Of a stretch of 64,000 nt of DNA, positions 40,837 through 54,787 are shown piece by piece. Source of the stretch: Eledone cirrhosa (lineage: Eukaryota); contig CAXHJY010001741.1 in assembly GCA_964016885.1 (NCBI GenBank), positions 88,716 through 152,715 of the forward strand, in the 5' to 3' direction. Made by a program: the position numbers and the translations under genes. Position 1 is the first letter of the stretch. Each line of letters starts with the position of its first letter. A model generated the notes under the pieces. The model ran no database searches and was not told the DNA's origin. It saw only the letters and a program-made list of their open reading frames with translations.

Positions 40837-43158
40837 ATGGAAAAACACTACCTGGATATGTCACTCAAAAACATACCAACCCAAGGTAGAAAGGAATATT
40901 TATTGAGCATGATTCAAAAAACTAATGAATTCATTCGACGTGTCAGGTGGAAAACGCTCCACTATGATAGAAGCCGTATGAACTCAACATTAGAAAGTGG
41001 TGTAAACAACAAATTCGGTTTTAGGACTTGTAAAAACCCACCCACCAACCCACTATTAGATGCATTTGAGCAGGACCTTATGAACTTAATCCTTAAAATT
41101 AAATTCAAAGGACGCAACACCAACAGCAAATTACAGAAAGATATAAAAAAACTACTGGACGACCTTAAAAACACCAAAGGAATTGTAGTAAAAGCGGACA
41201 AAACATCAAACCTGTACACTATGGATTGCACTACATACAACAACTTCATTCGAAAAGAATTACATAAAAAATATAGAAAAACGAGTGAAGTAACCCTTAA
41301 GCACATCAATGATGAGGCATGCGAAATAGTGAAAAATCTCGGAATCGAAGATAGGACAGGACCACTCTTACCGGCGGTACCCACCTTCAATCTTAAGGAC
41401 CACAAGGTAAACTTTGATAATGACCCTAAAATAAGATTAATCTGCCCCTCTAAATCAGATATAGGTAAAATAAGCAAATATATCTTAGATAGAATCATCC
41501 CCCAAATTAAGGCTAAGGTTAACATTAAACTCTGGGGGAAGACCCAAGAAGCAATAAGATGGTTTAATAGCATTAGCAATAAGAATAAATCTAAGTTTAT
41601 CCAGTTTGATATCGATGAATATTACTCATCGATATCACCTGAAACTTTGAATAGAGCCATTAAGTTTGCTAAGGATAACTCTGACCTTACAAACGATGAA
41701 ATTAAGATTATATTAGAAGCTAGGAAAACTATAGTCAAATTTGAGAACAGTTATTGGGTACGTAAAGATAGACCCTCTAACTTTGACATAACAATGGGCT
41801 CTAACGATTCGGCGGAAATAACTGATATTGTGGGGTTATTTATCGCCTTTAGACTCCAGGAAAAATTCAGCAATCTCCACGGCGGAATATACCGCGACGA
41901 TGTTCTCCTCCTAGCTAAAAACCTTAATAACCAAAAACTAGAAAAACTACGCAAAGATATAAGAAAACTACTACTCGAAATAGGACTAACTATAACATAT
42001 GAATACAACCTTAAAGTAGTTAACTTCCTGGATGTCACACTCAATTTAAACTCTGGTTTGATTAAACCGTTTCATAAATTGAATGAAAATCTCAAATACG
42101 TAAATGTTGGGTCTAACCACCCCATCTCTATAATTAAATCTATCCCTAAAAATATTTCCCTTAGAATCTCGGGTCTATCTTCTAACATACAAGTATTTAA
42201 GGAACACGCCGAGTACTACGATAACGCCCTTAGTAAAGCAGGCTACCTCAACAAAATAGAGTACATAGATGGGAACAATCAAAACACCCAAAATAAATCC
42301 CACATAGGTAGATATAATAACACAACACCAAACCACACTTACTACCATAGTATGCACACCAGTAAACCAACAAACAAAACTAATAGAAAGCGATGCAAAG
42401 AGTACTTATGGTATAACCCCGAATACAATAGCTCCATTAGTACAAATTTACCAGTACTCTTCTTTAAAATAATTAAAAGACATTTTCCCACATCACACAA
42501 ATACCACAAAATCCTAAACCCTACCACTATAAGACTGTCATACTCTACAGCGTTAAACCTTGAACAACACATAAAAAAGATCAATACTAGAAGGTTAAAC
42601 GAAAACACTAAGAACTTAAGTACAAAGAACCCCCAAAAAACAGTAGACAATACACTACAGAACATAAATAAACCACACCTAAGTTCGTCCGCAATACTAC
42701 TCCAGAGAAAACCCAACGTACACAACTGTAACTGCACCTATCCTGACAACTGCCCCCTCGGCAATAACTGCCTGGAAAAAAATATTATTTATAAGTGTAC
42801 CATTAAATCCGGAGGCAACGAGTGGTATTACGTGGGATCAACGGCAACATCGTTTAAATCTCGATTGTATAGGCATTCTTACTCAATAAAACACCAGAGC
42901 CAAAGAAATGTAACAACTTTAGCAGAAAAAGCTTGGACGCTCAGGGATAGCAATCAAAAGTTTACCCTAAAATGGGAAAAATTAGCTAAAACCCAAAGCT
43001 TTTCCAGGAGCCAAAATTTCTGCAAATTGTGTAATCTTGAGATTTATTACATAATCACACACAAGAAGAAACTGCTGAATAACAGAATTGAACGAACATT
43101 ATTCTGCCGTCACAGAACTAAAACCCTTTTTTCCCACTACAAGCCGAATATTACATAA
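40837..43158 (+). CDS. Penelope-like element protein: reverse transcriptase + GIY-YIG endonuclease (Naiad-type)
   Basis: 773-aa uninterrupted ORF with KADK, FDIDEYYSSI, MGSNDS, YRDD, NFLDV, linker CNC-x5-C-x5-C, IIYKC...YYVGST (GIY-YIG), CKLC and CRH. Confidence 0.95.
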   Translation: MEKHYLDMSLKNIPTQGRKEYLLSMIQKTNEFIRRVRWKTLHYDRSRMNSTLESGVNNKFGFRTCKNPPTNPLLDAFEQDLMNLILKIKFKGRNTNSKLQKDIKKLLDDLKNTKGIVVKADKTSNLYTMDCTTYNNFIRKELHKKYRKTSEVTLKHINDEACEIVKNLGIEDRTGPLLPAVPTFNLKDHKVNFDNDPKIRLICPSKSDIGKISKYILDRIIPQIKAKVNIKLWGKTQEAIRWFNSISNKNKSKFIQFDIDEYYSSISPETLNRAIKFAKDNSDLTNDEIKIILEARKTIVKFENSYWVRKDRPSNFDITMGSNDSAEITDIVGLFIAFRLQEKFSNLHGGIYRDDVLLLAKNLNNQKLEKLRKDIRKLLLEIGLTITYEYNLKVVNFLDVTLNLNSGLIKPFHKLNENLKYVNVGSNHPISIIKSIPKNISLRISGLSSNIQVFKEHAEYYDNALSKAGYLNKIEYIDGNNQNTQNKSHIGRYNNTTPNHTYYHSMHTSKPTNKTNRKRCKEYLWYNPEYNSSISTNLPVLFFKIIKRHFPTSHKYHKILNPTTIRLSYSTALNLEQHIKKINTRRLNENTKNLSTKNPQKTVDNTLQNINKPHLSSSAILLQRKPNVHNCNCTYPDNCPLGNNCLEKNIIYKCTIKSGGNEWYYVGSTATSFKSRLYRHSYSIKHQSQRNVTTLAEKAWTLRDSNQKFTLKWEKLAKTQSFSRSQNFCKLCNLEIYYIITHKKKLLNNRIERTLFCRHRTKTLFSHYKPNIT

Positions 43159-43475
43159 AAGAGGGACATCCCCCAACTATATAAACCTTAATCTAGTTAG
43201 AAAAATATAAAAACAATCTCTTCTCAACATATATTAATAACCTTAAATTACCATACTAATAATGAAAAGATATGCTGATGAGAATAGGTACAAATATGCG
43301 ATAATGAATGTGTCTAAAAACGTCCATAAGTATGTATATATATGTGAAAATGTATATAAATAAGTAAATATATATATATGTTTGATGTGTATAGTTAGAT
43401 GTAAGTGTATTCATGTATTAAAGTGCTTATATATATATATATATATGTGTGTATGTGTATATGTGTGTGTGTGGG

Positions 43476-43542
<67 letters not shown>

Positions 43543-44126
43543 ATGTATATATATATATATATATGTGTATGTATGTATGTGTATGTGGATGTGTATGTAT
43601 GCGTATGTGTGTACACATGGACTAGAGTATGTATGTATATATGTGTGTGTCTATACGTGTGTATATATAAAGATAAGTTGAGTATGAAAATGTATACACA
43701 TGAGCGCGTATGTATGTACATGAATACATGTGTGTATATATATGTGTATGCATGTGTATATATATGTAAGTATGAATATGTGAATTGTGAGTATATGTGT
43801 TTTGTAGAGGTGTGCAAATATATTTGTGTGAATGCGTGGGTGAAAGAATACGTACACTTGAAAGAAAAATTTAAGTCTGAATGTTAAGTGCAAACACAAA
43901 ACCAACCACGCATATCTTTACTATCTCTAATCCTTCTATAGATTTAGAAAAATAACCAATAATATATTCCATAAAAAATGTCAAAACAACAGATGGGAAT
44001 CTAATTACTCACTGCCACCAAGAATTCTCACTGCTATCGAAAAACCACTCCTTCAACTATTCTTCTAACAACTTCACCCCTCCCTCCTAATATTCTCTAT
44101 AAAAACTAAATAGGTCCTCAGTAATA

Positions 44127-44243
44127 TTATTCTGATGAAATGACAGTAAATAATAACATTGAAATATTGAATGTCTGCATAACTAAAAGTTTGTAGATAG
44201 CTGTTTTAGGTTATGTAACTGTTATAGAAACACGTGTCAATAA
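44127..44243 (+). ncRNA. Hammerhead ribozyme, 3' pLTR copy
   Basis: Identical to 40516-40632, offset by 3611 bp. Confidence 0.82.
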
Positions 44244-44575
44244 ATTCCTTTCAACTAAACTGTATCCATTCAAATCTTTCTATATATATATATATATATA
44301 TAATTGTTTCTACTTTAGGCACAAGGCCAGCAATTACACAGTGCATTACTGGTACTTTATTTTATCGAATGAAAATTCTTTTTAAAAAAACCAGGTGGAA
44401 GAAATATTCGGAAATAGAAAATTGAAGAGACAAGTACATGGACAATTACAGCTCATCAGCTGTCTTTCTGTGGATCATTATAGTTTCAGTTGCTTTATAA
44501 GACAGCACTATTCACCACCAGTGCATCAATAGAAACCACGGAGTTATTTGGGATGAAAATACAATGGACGTTGGA

Positions 44576-44609
<34 letters not shown>

Positions 44610-44959
44610 ACTCACATACACATAAAACAATAAGAAATACCTATATACCGATATGGGACAGGAAAATTGCTACACTCGAAAGCAACAGAAATGAGGGCTA
44701 GGTAACCGTAGTAGAAATGAAAGACAATTGGTATCACCTACACAGGTGGGATAGATAATGTCGCTAGAACTCAAAAGTAGCTTTGTAGTGGTAGATTCAT
44801 CAAGGAAATGCTTTTAGGGCTTTAGTTTTTGTAGTAGGCACCGGTCGCATAACGTATTGTCAAAGAATGTACACAGGTTAGAGAGTAATTAAAAATGTGT
44901 ATTTTGAACAATGAAAACAAATCAAAAGTCAGATATAGGATGTTAAGAATACTTCGTTG

Positions 44960-45086
44960 TTTTACGATCGTTTCAGGGGTCTGATTGATCATGGTAAATC
45001 GAATGACCGAACACGAGTTACTAGTTACATCACCACCTATTTCCAGTGCCGATATTCGAGATAAATCGCACCGTCTTCCTCAGAAA
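44960..45086 (-). ncRNA. Hammerhead-like motif with a long helix II insert
   Basis: Minus strand ttt-CTGAGGA-ag..(~100 nt)..ct-GAAA-CGATCG-TA-aaa; adjacent to (TA)n. Confidence 0.55.
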
Positions 45087-45137
45087 GAATAATTTGTTAT
45101 TACTATATATATATATATATATATATATGATATTAAA

Positions 45138-45250
45138 TAAATGGAAACTATATTTATAAAACCATATTTATTTCGTTATATATATTTCAGGGATATCATA
45201 TTAACAATATGTTATGCCATCTTCAGACAAAATACAATATAAACAGTCTT
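45138..45250 (-). mobile_element. Diverged copy of the 12.5-kb HHR-like unit
   Basis: Shares aaatggaaactatatttataaaaccatatttatttc; minus strand CTGAAGA...GAAA-TATA-TA at 45176-45230. Confidence 0.6.
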
Positions 45251-45348
45251 ATTTAATATCATAAATATACTCCAAATACTTGTTGAGTGCTTTTATATCA
45301 GTTATAAATATTTACTCGTTGTTAACCCAACAATTTAAATATAACTTT

Positions 45349-45386
<38 letters not shown>

Positions 45387-47229
45387 ATCACCTCTCTCTT
45401 TATCACGCACAGAGTCCCTCCCTCTTCCCCTCTTCCCCTCTCTCTCCCCATCTCCCCCTCTCCCCCCTCTCTCTCATACACACATATATTCACTTTCTTT
45501 TATTTCACTCGCTTCTTTCCTTCAATTCTCTTCGCACTTCACCATTGCAAACCATGAAAACCTAGGAAAATATGAAACATAAAATAGATATTTTCTCTGT
45601 TCCTCTCAATTCAGTTATTATCTCCTTATTCTCTCTCTGTCCCTCTCTCACTATTCCCCTTACCCCCCTCATTATCCCTGTTCCCCTCTCCACGCCTCCC
45701 ACGCTTCATTTCCAACTCGTCCCAACCTCTCTCTTACATTTTTCTCCCTGTCTCTTCCGGACTCTATCTCTTTTCTCTCTCTTTCTCCATACACTATCTT
45801 TATGTTTTATCTAGAAGGTAATGTGAGCTTTTAAGACGTTGCTCAAGCTGCTAGAAATGGGGAAGATCTTCATCAAATTACATTAAAAAAATGAAGGGCA
45901 CATTAGATAATTAATCCCTAGATATGCTACGCTGGAGTAAGAAATAAAAGCTGATCTCAACTGGAACGTCTTTAATTATAGGTTTGCTTCTTTAATGCTA
46001 AACTATTTTTTATTAATTATTAGAAGGTGGAGGGCGGTAGATTAGCAGTATCGGTAGAGTTTCGGAAAACATGCTTTGTGGCATATAGTTACGTCCCTTT
46101 ACATTCTGAGTTCAAATCCCACCGAGGTTAGCTTTACCTTTCACCCTTGCGAGGTCGATTTAATCAACTTTCTCCTCCCCCCAAAATTGTTAGCCATGTA
46201 CCTAAATCAGAAACGATTGATTAATAGGAGGTAGAATGTTGCTACAAGAAGTTTGCTTTCCAATCCAAACGTCTCGGTGTCTAGCTCTACATTCATCCCT
46301 ATATATAGTTATTTCTCTAAGGTTAATTCGAAGATTAAATACATTTAATCCTGTATGTCATAGATGATAAACATTAACATTTACGTAACTATATACTAGA
46401 ATTAAATTATTAAAATGTCATTTGTATCTTTAATCAAGACCATGTGTCAGTAATCAACATAAACTGCTGGGCTTCTCTCATAAAAACCATTAATTTATCA
46501 AAATAAAAATTTGTCAGTTTGTATTGATTATTCATATATCGGTTAATCTTGTTATGTGTGATATATAAATCCTGGATATGGGTCCAGTAGTGAATTAATA
46601 AAAAAAAACATCACTCATTAGATATTTCAGTGCCTCCGAAAGTGTTTGGTGTGAGGAAGAGAAACAATTAAGCTAGGCTCAGATGCTTGAGAATAGGTTC
46701 TATTTAAAGCACTTAAGGGTCAGTTGCAGGCATTAGAATGAGCGATAACACCATCTTACCACCAACAACACCACTTATATTTCAACATCAGCCTCACCAT
46801 CATGATCAGCAACTGACTGTATTCCTATAATATCACTGAAGCATAAATGGGATGGTCACAAGTGGAGCGTCTTTCAACATACGTTTTCTCAGTCAAATCT
46901 GATGCATGGCTAAACTAACCACCTCTACCCCCCACTACCACCACCACTACCATCATCACAACAACAAACAACACCACCATTAACATCACAATAATTACTA
47001 TTACTATTCAGGGGCGGTGGAACTGGGGGAGGGTGCAGGACGGCCATCGTATCCTCAATAATTATATTTTTCTCCCCAAAATTCCCCAAAACACATCTAT
47101 TTGTATATGCGTTACAATTTATGTACATGTTATGTAGAGATAGATGGGAGATATAGATATAGAGAGGGGAGAGTTTCAGGGCAATTGATATAGAGAGGAA
47201 GGTTGGGAGAGTTTGTTGTATATTAGATA

Positions 47230-49680
47230 TATATTTCTATTTATTTGCCACCAGGGCATCAAAGATTGGGACAAATACAAAGGGGGGAGTTTACATACAT
47301 TTAAAAAGACGTGTAAAAAACATATAACAAATTAAATTTAACAATCGATGTCCTCAATAGGGAGGGGCGTTGACATGGGTCGCACACCCCCCCGAAAAAG
47401 ATGTGCAACCCTCCTCTTCAGGAGCACAAAGAGCGGGTGCTTCCTTCCTCTTCTCATTCTTCTCCTCTCTCACCTACAGGCTGATATAGAGAGAAGGCCC
47501 ATTCACTCGGGCCATTCTCGCTACTTTCACCCACCTTTCATAAAACTTGCTGGGGCAGAGCACCTTTCTCTCCATTCTGATCCTTCTTCTAAAGTGGTAC
47601 TTGAAAAAAAAGACCAGTTGTTGGCCGGAGAGAAAGGTGTCTGACCTCAGCCCTTTCAACCTTGTCCACCATACAACTTCTTTCGCCATAGCTATCACAC
47701 AGAGGAAAACCGCCTCTCCTTCGTTTTTGAAAGGGGGAGGCGGTTTGATCGTGACAATGATCTCGGTGGTCAACCGGATTGGTCCCACCCGCGACAGTAG
47801 TCGTTCCACATAGCCCCACAGGTCAGCAACGCCCGGGCAGTGTACGAATGCGTGTGCGACGGTTTCCTCAGCTCATCTTCCTCCATGCCCAGAGCCTCTC
47901 CGAGAGCGTCGTCGCACTTACTGCGCACCAACCCTCTATAGAATGTTGAGGTTGAGTCTCCACTGATTGCCGGATCCGCTTGCCAGAGGGCCATGAGCGC
48001 CTGGGCACATTCAATGTGCCAGTCGCCCACTTTTCTCGGTCTTTGCTTGACCCAGGATTGCAGCTCGGTGAGTGAGACGAGTCTCGGAAAGGCTCGCCTC
48101 ACAGACAGGGCCCACACCGGCTGACCGGTGAGGAATACCTGGAGGTGCCGTAGCCTTAATGCGTGTCTACGCATCGTCAGCCACGGCCACCCCAGCCCTC
48201 CGTTCGAAGGGTGTTGACAGCAGATGGATCTTCTCACCAAAGGAGCCCGCTTCTTCCAAAGAAATCGGAAGAGCGCGCGCTCCATTTTGGCGAGTGTTTT
48301 CTCTGGGCAAGGCACGACGGTCAAGCGGTAGTAGATGACGGACGCTATATAAGCGTTCGCCACCTCCGCTCGACCTTTCAGGGATAGTTTGCACTCGGCC
48401 CACTTCTGGGCGAGTGCAAACACCTTGCCCGTTACCTCGTCCCAATTTTTCTCCACCTGGAGGTCCGGTCCGAACCAGACCCCGAGCAGCTTCACCGGTC
48501 CCTCCGTCCAGCGTCCGACGATGCCGCCGGAGGGCATCGTTTTGCCCCTCCACGTCCCGAGTTGCAAACCGACGGACTTGTCCCAGTTCAGCTTGGCTCC
48601 TGTGAACCTTTCATATTCCTCCAGTAAGGTGCCGATCTGCCCGATTTCCGAGGCGCACGACTCCATTACTGTCACGTCATCGGCGTAGGCCGACACCGCT
48701 TTCCGCAATCCCGGTTCCAAGGGGATGCCCTGCAACAGCTCCAGCTTCCGCAGTAGTGGCTCGAGAGCCAGCACATACAGGAGGGAGGAGAGAGGGCATC
48801 CCTGTCGGATGGATCGCATGATTTGGAACGGCTCCGAGAGGTAGCCATTCACCTTGACCCTCGAGCAGGTGTTGCTGCTGTGCATTGCAGCAATCCAGCC
48901 CCTGAAAACGGGTCCGAAGCCTGCCGCCGCGAGCACCGCATCCAGGTACCGATGGTCAACCCTATCGAACGCCTTAAATTGATCCAAGTTGATCAGGGCC
49001 CCACCAAAGCCGGGTTCGTTCCCTACCCTCTCTACGATGTATCGCATGAGGTGGAGGTTGTCGTGTATGGACCTGGACGGGAGTGCGCATGTCTGCGCTT
49101 CTCCCACCAGGTTCCTGACGACAAGCGCCAACCTCTTCGCTAACACCTTGGCCAAAATCTTTAACTCTGTGTTTAGCAGAGTTATTGACCTGAAGTTATC
49201 TATGTCATCCCCCTTGTTCTCGTCCTTCCTCACCAGCGTGACTACGCCCTTGGTCACAGAACTGGGAATTCTCCCGTTCTGTTGCCAGTTGCAGTAGACC
49301 GCCTCGAGGAGACCGGAGAACAAGCCCGGCATCGTATGGTAGACCATCGAGACCCGGAGATTTGCGTTTGCCGCATTGGCTCAGCGCTTCCCCTATTTCA
49401 GCGGCTGAAATCGGCCTCTCGCAGGACTTCGCCTCCCCGTCCGAGAGCCGCGTCAGACCGTCGAGGTATGGACCGAAATCCATGGCCCCACCCGGCCCGC
49501 CGCCCCTCCCGAACAGTCGTGCAAAGCGCCGTTGAAAGGCCGCGCTCATCCGCTCAGGTTCAAGGATCACGCGCCCATCCTGGTCCTTCAAAGACCGAAT
49601 CGTGGAGTTGTTTCCACTTTTTGCCTCTGTCACTCGGGCCCAGCTAACAGCTTTGGCTCCCTCGTTACCCAGAGCACGTA
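47230..49680 (-). mobile_element. Tx1/L1-clade LINE, 5' truncated, ORF2 remnant
   Basis: GC-rich block. ORFs 49205-49633 (KSPGLDGLPY), 47770-49347 (NFRSITLLNTELKILAK, DQFKAFDRVDH, RQGCPLS, AYADDV) and 47474-47809; frameshifts and an internal deletion; 3' UTR matches 33890-34130. Confidence 0.92.
47770..49347 (-). pseudogene. LINE reverse transcriptase domain
   Basis: RT motifs as above; N-terminus frameshifted and endonuclease missing. Confidence 0.9.
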
Positions 49681-50679
49681 TGAGAGGATTGATAGATATA
49701 GAGAGGGGGACAGTTTGTTGGTAATTGATATATAGAGAGGGATTGGGAGAAAGAGTGTCGTATAGTAGATATAGTCAGGTGTAGTTTTCAATGCTTGTAG
49801 ATAAAATGAGGGGTTTGGGGGAGGTAAATACTGCTAAATATCGAGAGGGGGTTGGGAAAGTCACTGTCGTAAAATATATATAGGGGGGGGGGGGGTTGTG
49901 ATGGATAGAGAGAGAACGATTACGAGAGAGTGTGGCAGAGAGGGCGAGAGGGAGAGTCTGGAGGTGATTGATGTATAGAGGGGTGGGGGTGGGAGAGTGT
50001 TATTGTATGTTAGATATAGAGAGGGGGAGAATTTGGTGGTTGTAGATATAGAGAAAGGATAATGTGAGAGTGCCGTGTAGTAGACATAGAGAGGGTCCCA
50101 AATAATAGGAGAGGTGGAAATCAGGGTGGGCGTTGGTAAGGGGCTTGAGATATCGTAATTGTATTGTTTACGTTCGTAAATATGGGATTCCTTGTAATGT
50201 TCTTTTTTTGCCGTATATAATGTTTATTAATGCAAAATATAATTAGACCTGAGAGCAGTGGGGCCATGCCCCACCCCAATAATTATATTTTTCTTCCCAA
50301 AACTACCAAAACACACATCTATTTGGATATACACTACAATTTATGTACATGTTATGTTTATCGCATATCGAAGTTTTCTAACCATTTTAGAGAGAAAAGA
50401 CCTAAACTCACAGCAACAACTAAATTGACCAAATCTAGCACACCCAATTCAGAAACGCTTCCACCGTAACCTGCTACTATAACAATCACCTCAATCACCA
50501 CTACTATCAGCACGGCTACCATAATCACCATCCACACTTTCACATTCTCCACTAGCACCACCGTCACAATGATTGTTATCATTACAACCATCACAATCAT
50601 CATCCGGCCACCAACTCCAACAGTAACAACAACTACATCAACAAAACAACTGTGGCCACCATTACCGTCACAACAATCA

Positions 50680-50860
50680 TTGGCAGTATCGGTAGAGGGT
50701 CGGACGCCATGCTTTCCAGCATAGTTACGTCCCTTTACGATCTGAGTTCAAATCCCGCCGAGGTTGACTTTGCCTTTCATCCTTACGGGGGTCGATAAAA
50801 TAAAGTACCAGTAATGCACTGGGATAATTGCTGGCCTTGTGCCTAAAGTAGAAACAAGTA
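50680..50860 (+). mobile_element. SINE family A copy
   Basis: Consensus match. Confidence 0.88.
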
Positions 50861-51703
50861 TTACCATAACAGTTACCACCATCATCAATACACTCACTAC
50901 TATCATCATCACCACCACCACCACCCCCACAACAACAACAACAACAACAATAACAACAACAACAACAACAATCATTATCACTCCCTAACACAATCATACC
51001 ATTAAAACCATCCCAACAACCAGGCATCTCCACAACTCTGTCTGGCATTGAACTCTCTACTTAGATTTTCTTCTTCCTGCACATTTTCATGCTCACTCAC
51101 TCTTTGTCACTCACTGTTTGATTACCTCCCCTCTCTCTCTCTCTCTCGCTCTCTCTCTCTCTCTTTGCACATACACATAATCACACACACACACACACAC
51201 GCATCAAACCTTTTCTTTAGATATCTGTTTCTTCTTGACTCTCATCCTATCGAAATATTCAATCCTTTAACAAAGTTACCATGCCAACGTTTGATACTCT
51301 GTGATATCTCATTACCCAGTTGGGATGGCTCTAACTGAGTAACTGTGGAGTGGTGGAGTGGAGTGGAACGTTAGATGGAGTAGGACAAAATGAGACATTA
51401 AAAAGATGAAACGTCTTACCTAGATTTTTAGTGTTTTTAGCAAATGTGAAGAGTGAAGGTGGTCTCACGAGATTTTTTTTTATAGTTACGAGATATGGTG
51501 AGTCAACTTCAAATAAAATGTCATACAACAACAAAATTAATGACGGCATTAAATTGTAACTGTTACTGTGACTACTGTGTTTGTTGTAGTAGTAGTTTTT
51601 ATTGTTGTTGGTTTTGTTGTATAGCTTCAGGTCAGTCGTGGCAGAGCAGACCTATGAACAAAATAGTATTCCTTTAGTGGAATCCTTTTTGGATCACACA
51701 CGG

Positions 51704-52105
<402 letters not shown>

Positions 52106-52230
52106 CTTGACTCTGTTTTCCGTTAATTTTCACCGAAAATAGTTTTTGAATGCATCTTCTCTTTTCATGATATCCGGATTACATTGAGTTCTTCATACGG
52201 ATTGGACACTACCGTAAATTTTTGGTAGAT

Positions 52231-52317
<87 letters not shown>

Positions 52318-53209
52318 CAATGAAACAGCCTGCTCGTGGAATTACGAGATTAGAAGTATCCATAGAGTGATTCCCTTGTAGATTCAGCGCAAAACAATTA
52401 GTAACAAGACTAATACCACTCATTTTTCCCGACCGAGTGAACTGGAGAAATGCAAAATAAAGGGTCTTGCTCAAAGAATCAATGCGCCACCTGGAATCGA
52501 ACACACGATGTTAAGATCGTGAGCCGAACTCTCTAGCTACCATGCGCCCTCTAGTTCGGCTCTTACTGTTACTGTTAATCTTTACTTCATATTACGTCTA
52601 TCCATCCCCCTCTCTCTTCTCTACCATACACACACAAGCACACACATACACATATACATGCACACATATATATATGCACATATACAGGTACACACAGATA
52701 CCCACAAGCACATGCGATATATGTATTAAAAATTATCTAGTTAAATTATTATTAAGCCTATTAACAACGTTATTCACGAATTATGTGTAGCTCTGAACAT
52801 TTTAACACTTTTTCTCTTAATGCAGAGATAATATATGCTTAATTATAAGATGAGTTTACAATCTTTTGCGCCACAAAATATTTAATTTTTAATTCTAAAA
52901 TATATATATTTTTTTTAATTATTTCTCACTACAGGCAGTGCTGTTGGTATAATAGTATAACAGTAGAAGACCAGATAAATTGCTTTAATTTATTTTTATT
53001 CGTCTCTGAGTTGTTTTATGATGTGAATGAGATTATTTGCTACAAATTATTTATAAAGCGTTTTTTTGTGCTATATCAGTTGTGATTAAAGTGTAATATA
53101 TATTAGTAGAATTGTACAACACCAGACATAATGTTTTATAGTATTTACATTGAAACTTTCTATGATGCCATGATCGCTAATTTTTCTTTTTTATAGTTTG
53201 TTGATATTA

Positions 53210-53400
53210 TGGCGGTGGATTGGCAGTATCGGTAGAGGGTCGGACGCCATGCTTTGCAGTATAGAGTTACGGCCCTTTATGATCTGAGTTCAAATCCCGC
53301 CGAAGTTAACTTTGTCTTTCATCCTTACGGGGTCGATAAAATAAAGTACCAGTAATACACTGGAGTAATTGCTGGCCTTGTGCAAAAAGTAGAAACCATT
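53210..53400 (+). mobile_element. SINE family A copy
   Basis: Consensus match; an older diverged copy follows at ~53420-53620. Confidence 0.88.
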
Positions 53401-53929
53401 TTTGGTGTAGATTATACTAACCCACACGAGGGCTGTGTGGGTTAGTATAATCGTTAGAGCGCCGGTTAAAATTGCCCGGCGGTAATTTATGTTTTGAGCT
53501 CAAATCCGCCGAGGTCAAATTTGCTTTTAAGCATTTCAACATCGATAAAATATAGGTCAACTCAAGTCCTATTTGATTGACTAACCAAGACCCGTAAAGT
53601 TGGTCTTGTGCATAAATTACAAACCAGGCGCTGGATTGTGGTAGAATCATTAGAGCTTCGGGTAAAACAGTTTTTATGGGTTATGAAACTGACTTAGGAT
53701 CCGACTTCAACAAACCACATTATCTTTGTATCATAGAGTCTTTTATACAAATATGACTTTAGAAACTTATAAATAAACATGTTGCCTCGATACTTGAGTT
53801 AATAAATGTGTGAAACTAACATGTTAATCACAGACTGAGTACTTTGGAATAGTTTTACTTCATAAGACAGTTTCATCTGGTTAGGTTTTAAAATGGCTCT
53901 TTTTCAGCATATTTTTATATTTAAGCTTA

Positions 53930-54210
53930 GATTATTGTTGGCCATAGAAATATATTATCTTTTCTTGTCTGAATTTTCGATCAAAACATCTTTATTATTG
54001 GAGCTAAACGATATATACTAATCCACCTGGATAAAAGTATGACTGAACTTGGATTTGTGGAGAAGGAACGTAGCTTCGAAATTCTTATGATTCAAAGGAT
54101 GAACGATTACAGAAAGGTTGACGAAAATTTCCTTTTCTTTACAACCTTGCCAAAGGAAAGGTGGCCGGTCAAAAATAAACTGAAAATTAAGAGAAAGAGT
54201 AGAAAACATA
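53930..54210 (+). mobile_element. R4/Dong-like retrotransposon 3' relic
   Basis: FIIGAKRYI...HLDKSMTELGFVEKE resembles the RLE C-terminus; 3' UTR aaggtggccggtcaa.aataaact shared with 59560-59585. Confidence 0.5.
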
Positions 54211-54335
54211 CATATAAATGTATTCACAATTCTGGCATTCTATATGGCTAAGAAACAAAATCTTTTGTCTCTGAAGTATTGTTTCGAAACACTAGAAATT
54301 CTTCTCCCCATAGAATAAGAAATTATTTTTTTTTC

Positions 54336-54403
<68 letters not shown>

Positions 54404-54466
54404 AATATGTATGATTGTATATATATATAATTATACATATTTTATGTATGTGTATATATATATATA

Positions 54467-54535
<69 letters not shown>

Positions 54536-54721
54536 TACATATATATACATACATAATATATACATACACATACATACGCATACTGACATTTATATATATT
54601 TATATATATGAATAAATAAATATGTGTGTGTGTGTGCGCGCGCGTGTAGATATGATGTATATGTAAGTATATCTCTCTCTATATATATATATACGTATAT
54701 ATGTACTAATATGTTTGTTTA

Positions 54722-54787
<66 letters not shown>

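Larger units (their letters stand above)
38993..44283 (+). mobile_element. Penelope-like retroelement, partial tandem (1.47 units of 3611 bp)
   Basis: 38993-40672 is duplicated at 42604-44283 almost identically (pseudo-LTR arrangement); both ends abut (TA)n. Confidence 0.95.

Noticed and set aside
40962-42737. Antisense ORFs inside the Penelope, LINE and Helitron coding regions
   Set aside because: Shadow frames of real coding sequence with no independent motifs.
54268-54296. ctctgaagt...gaaacactag as a hammerhead
   Set aside because: Core mismatch and no helix II.
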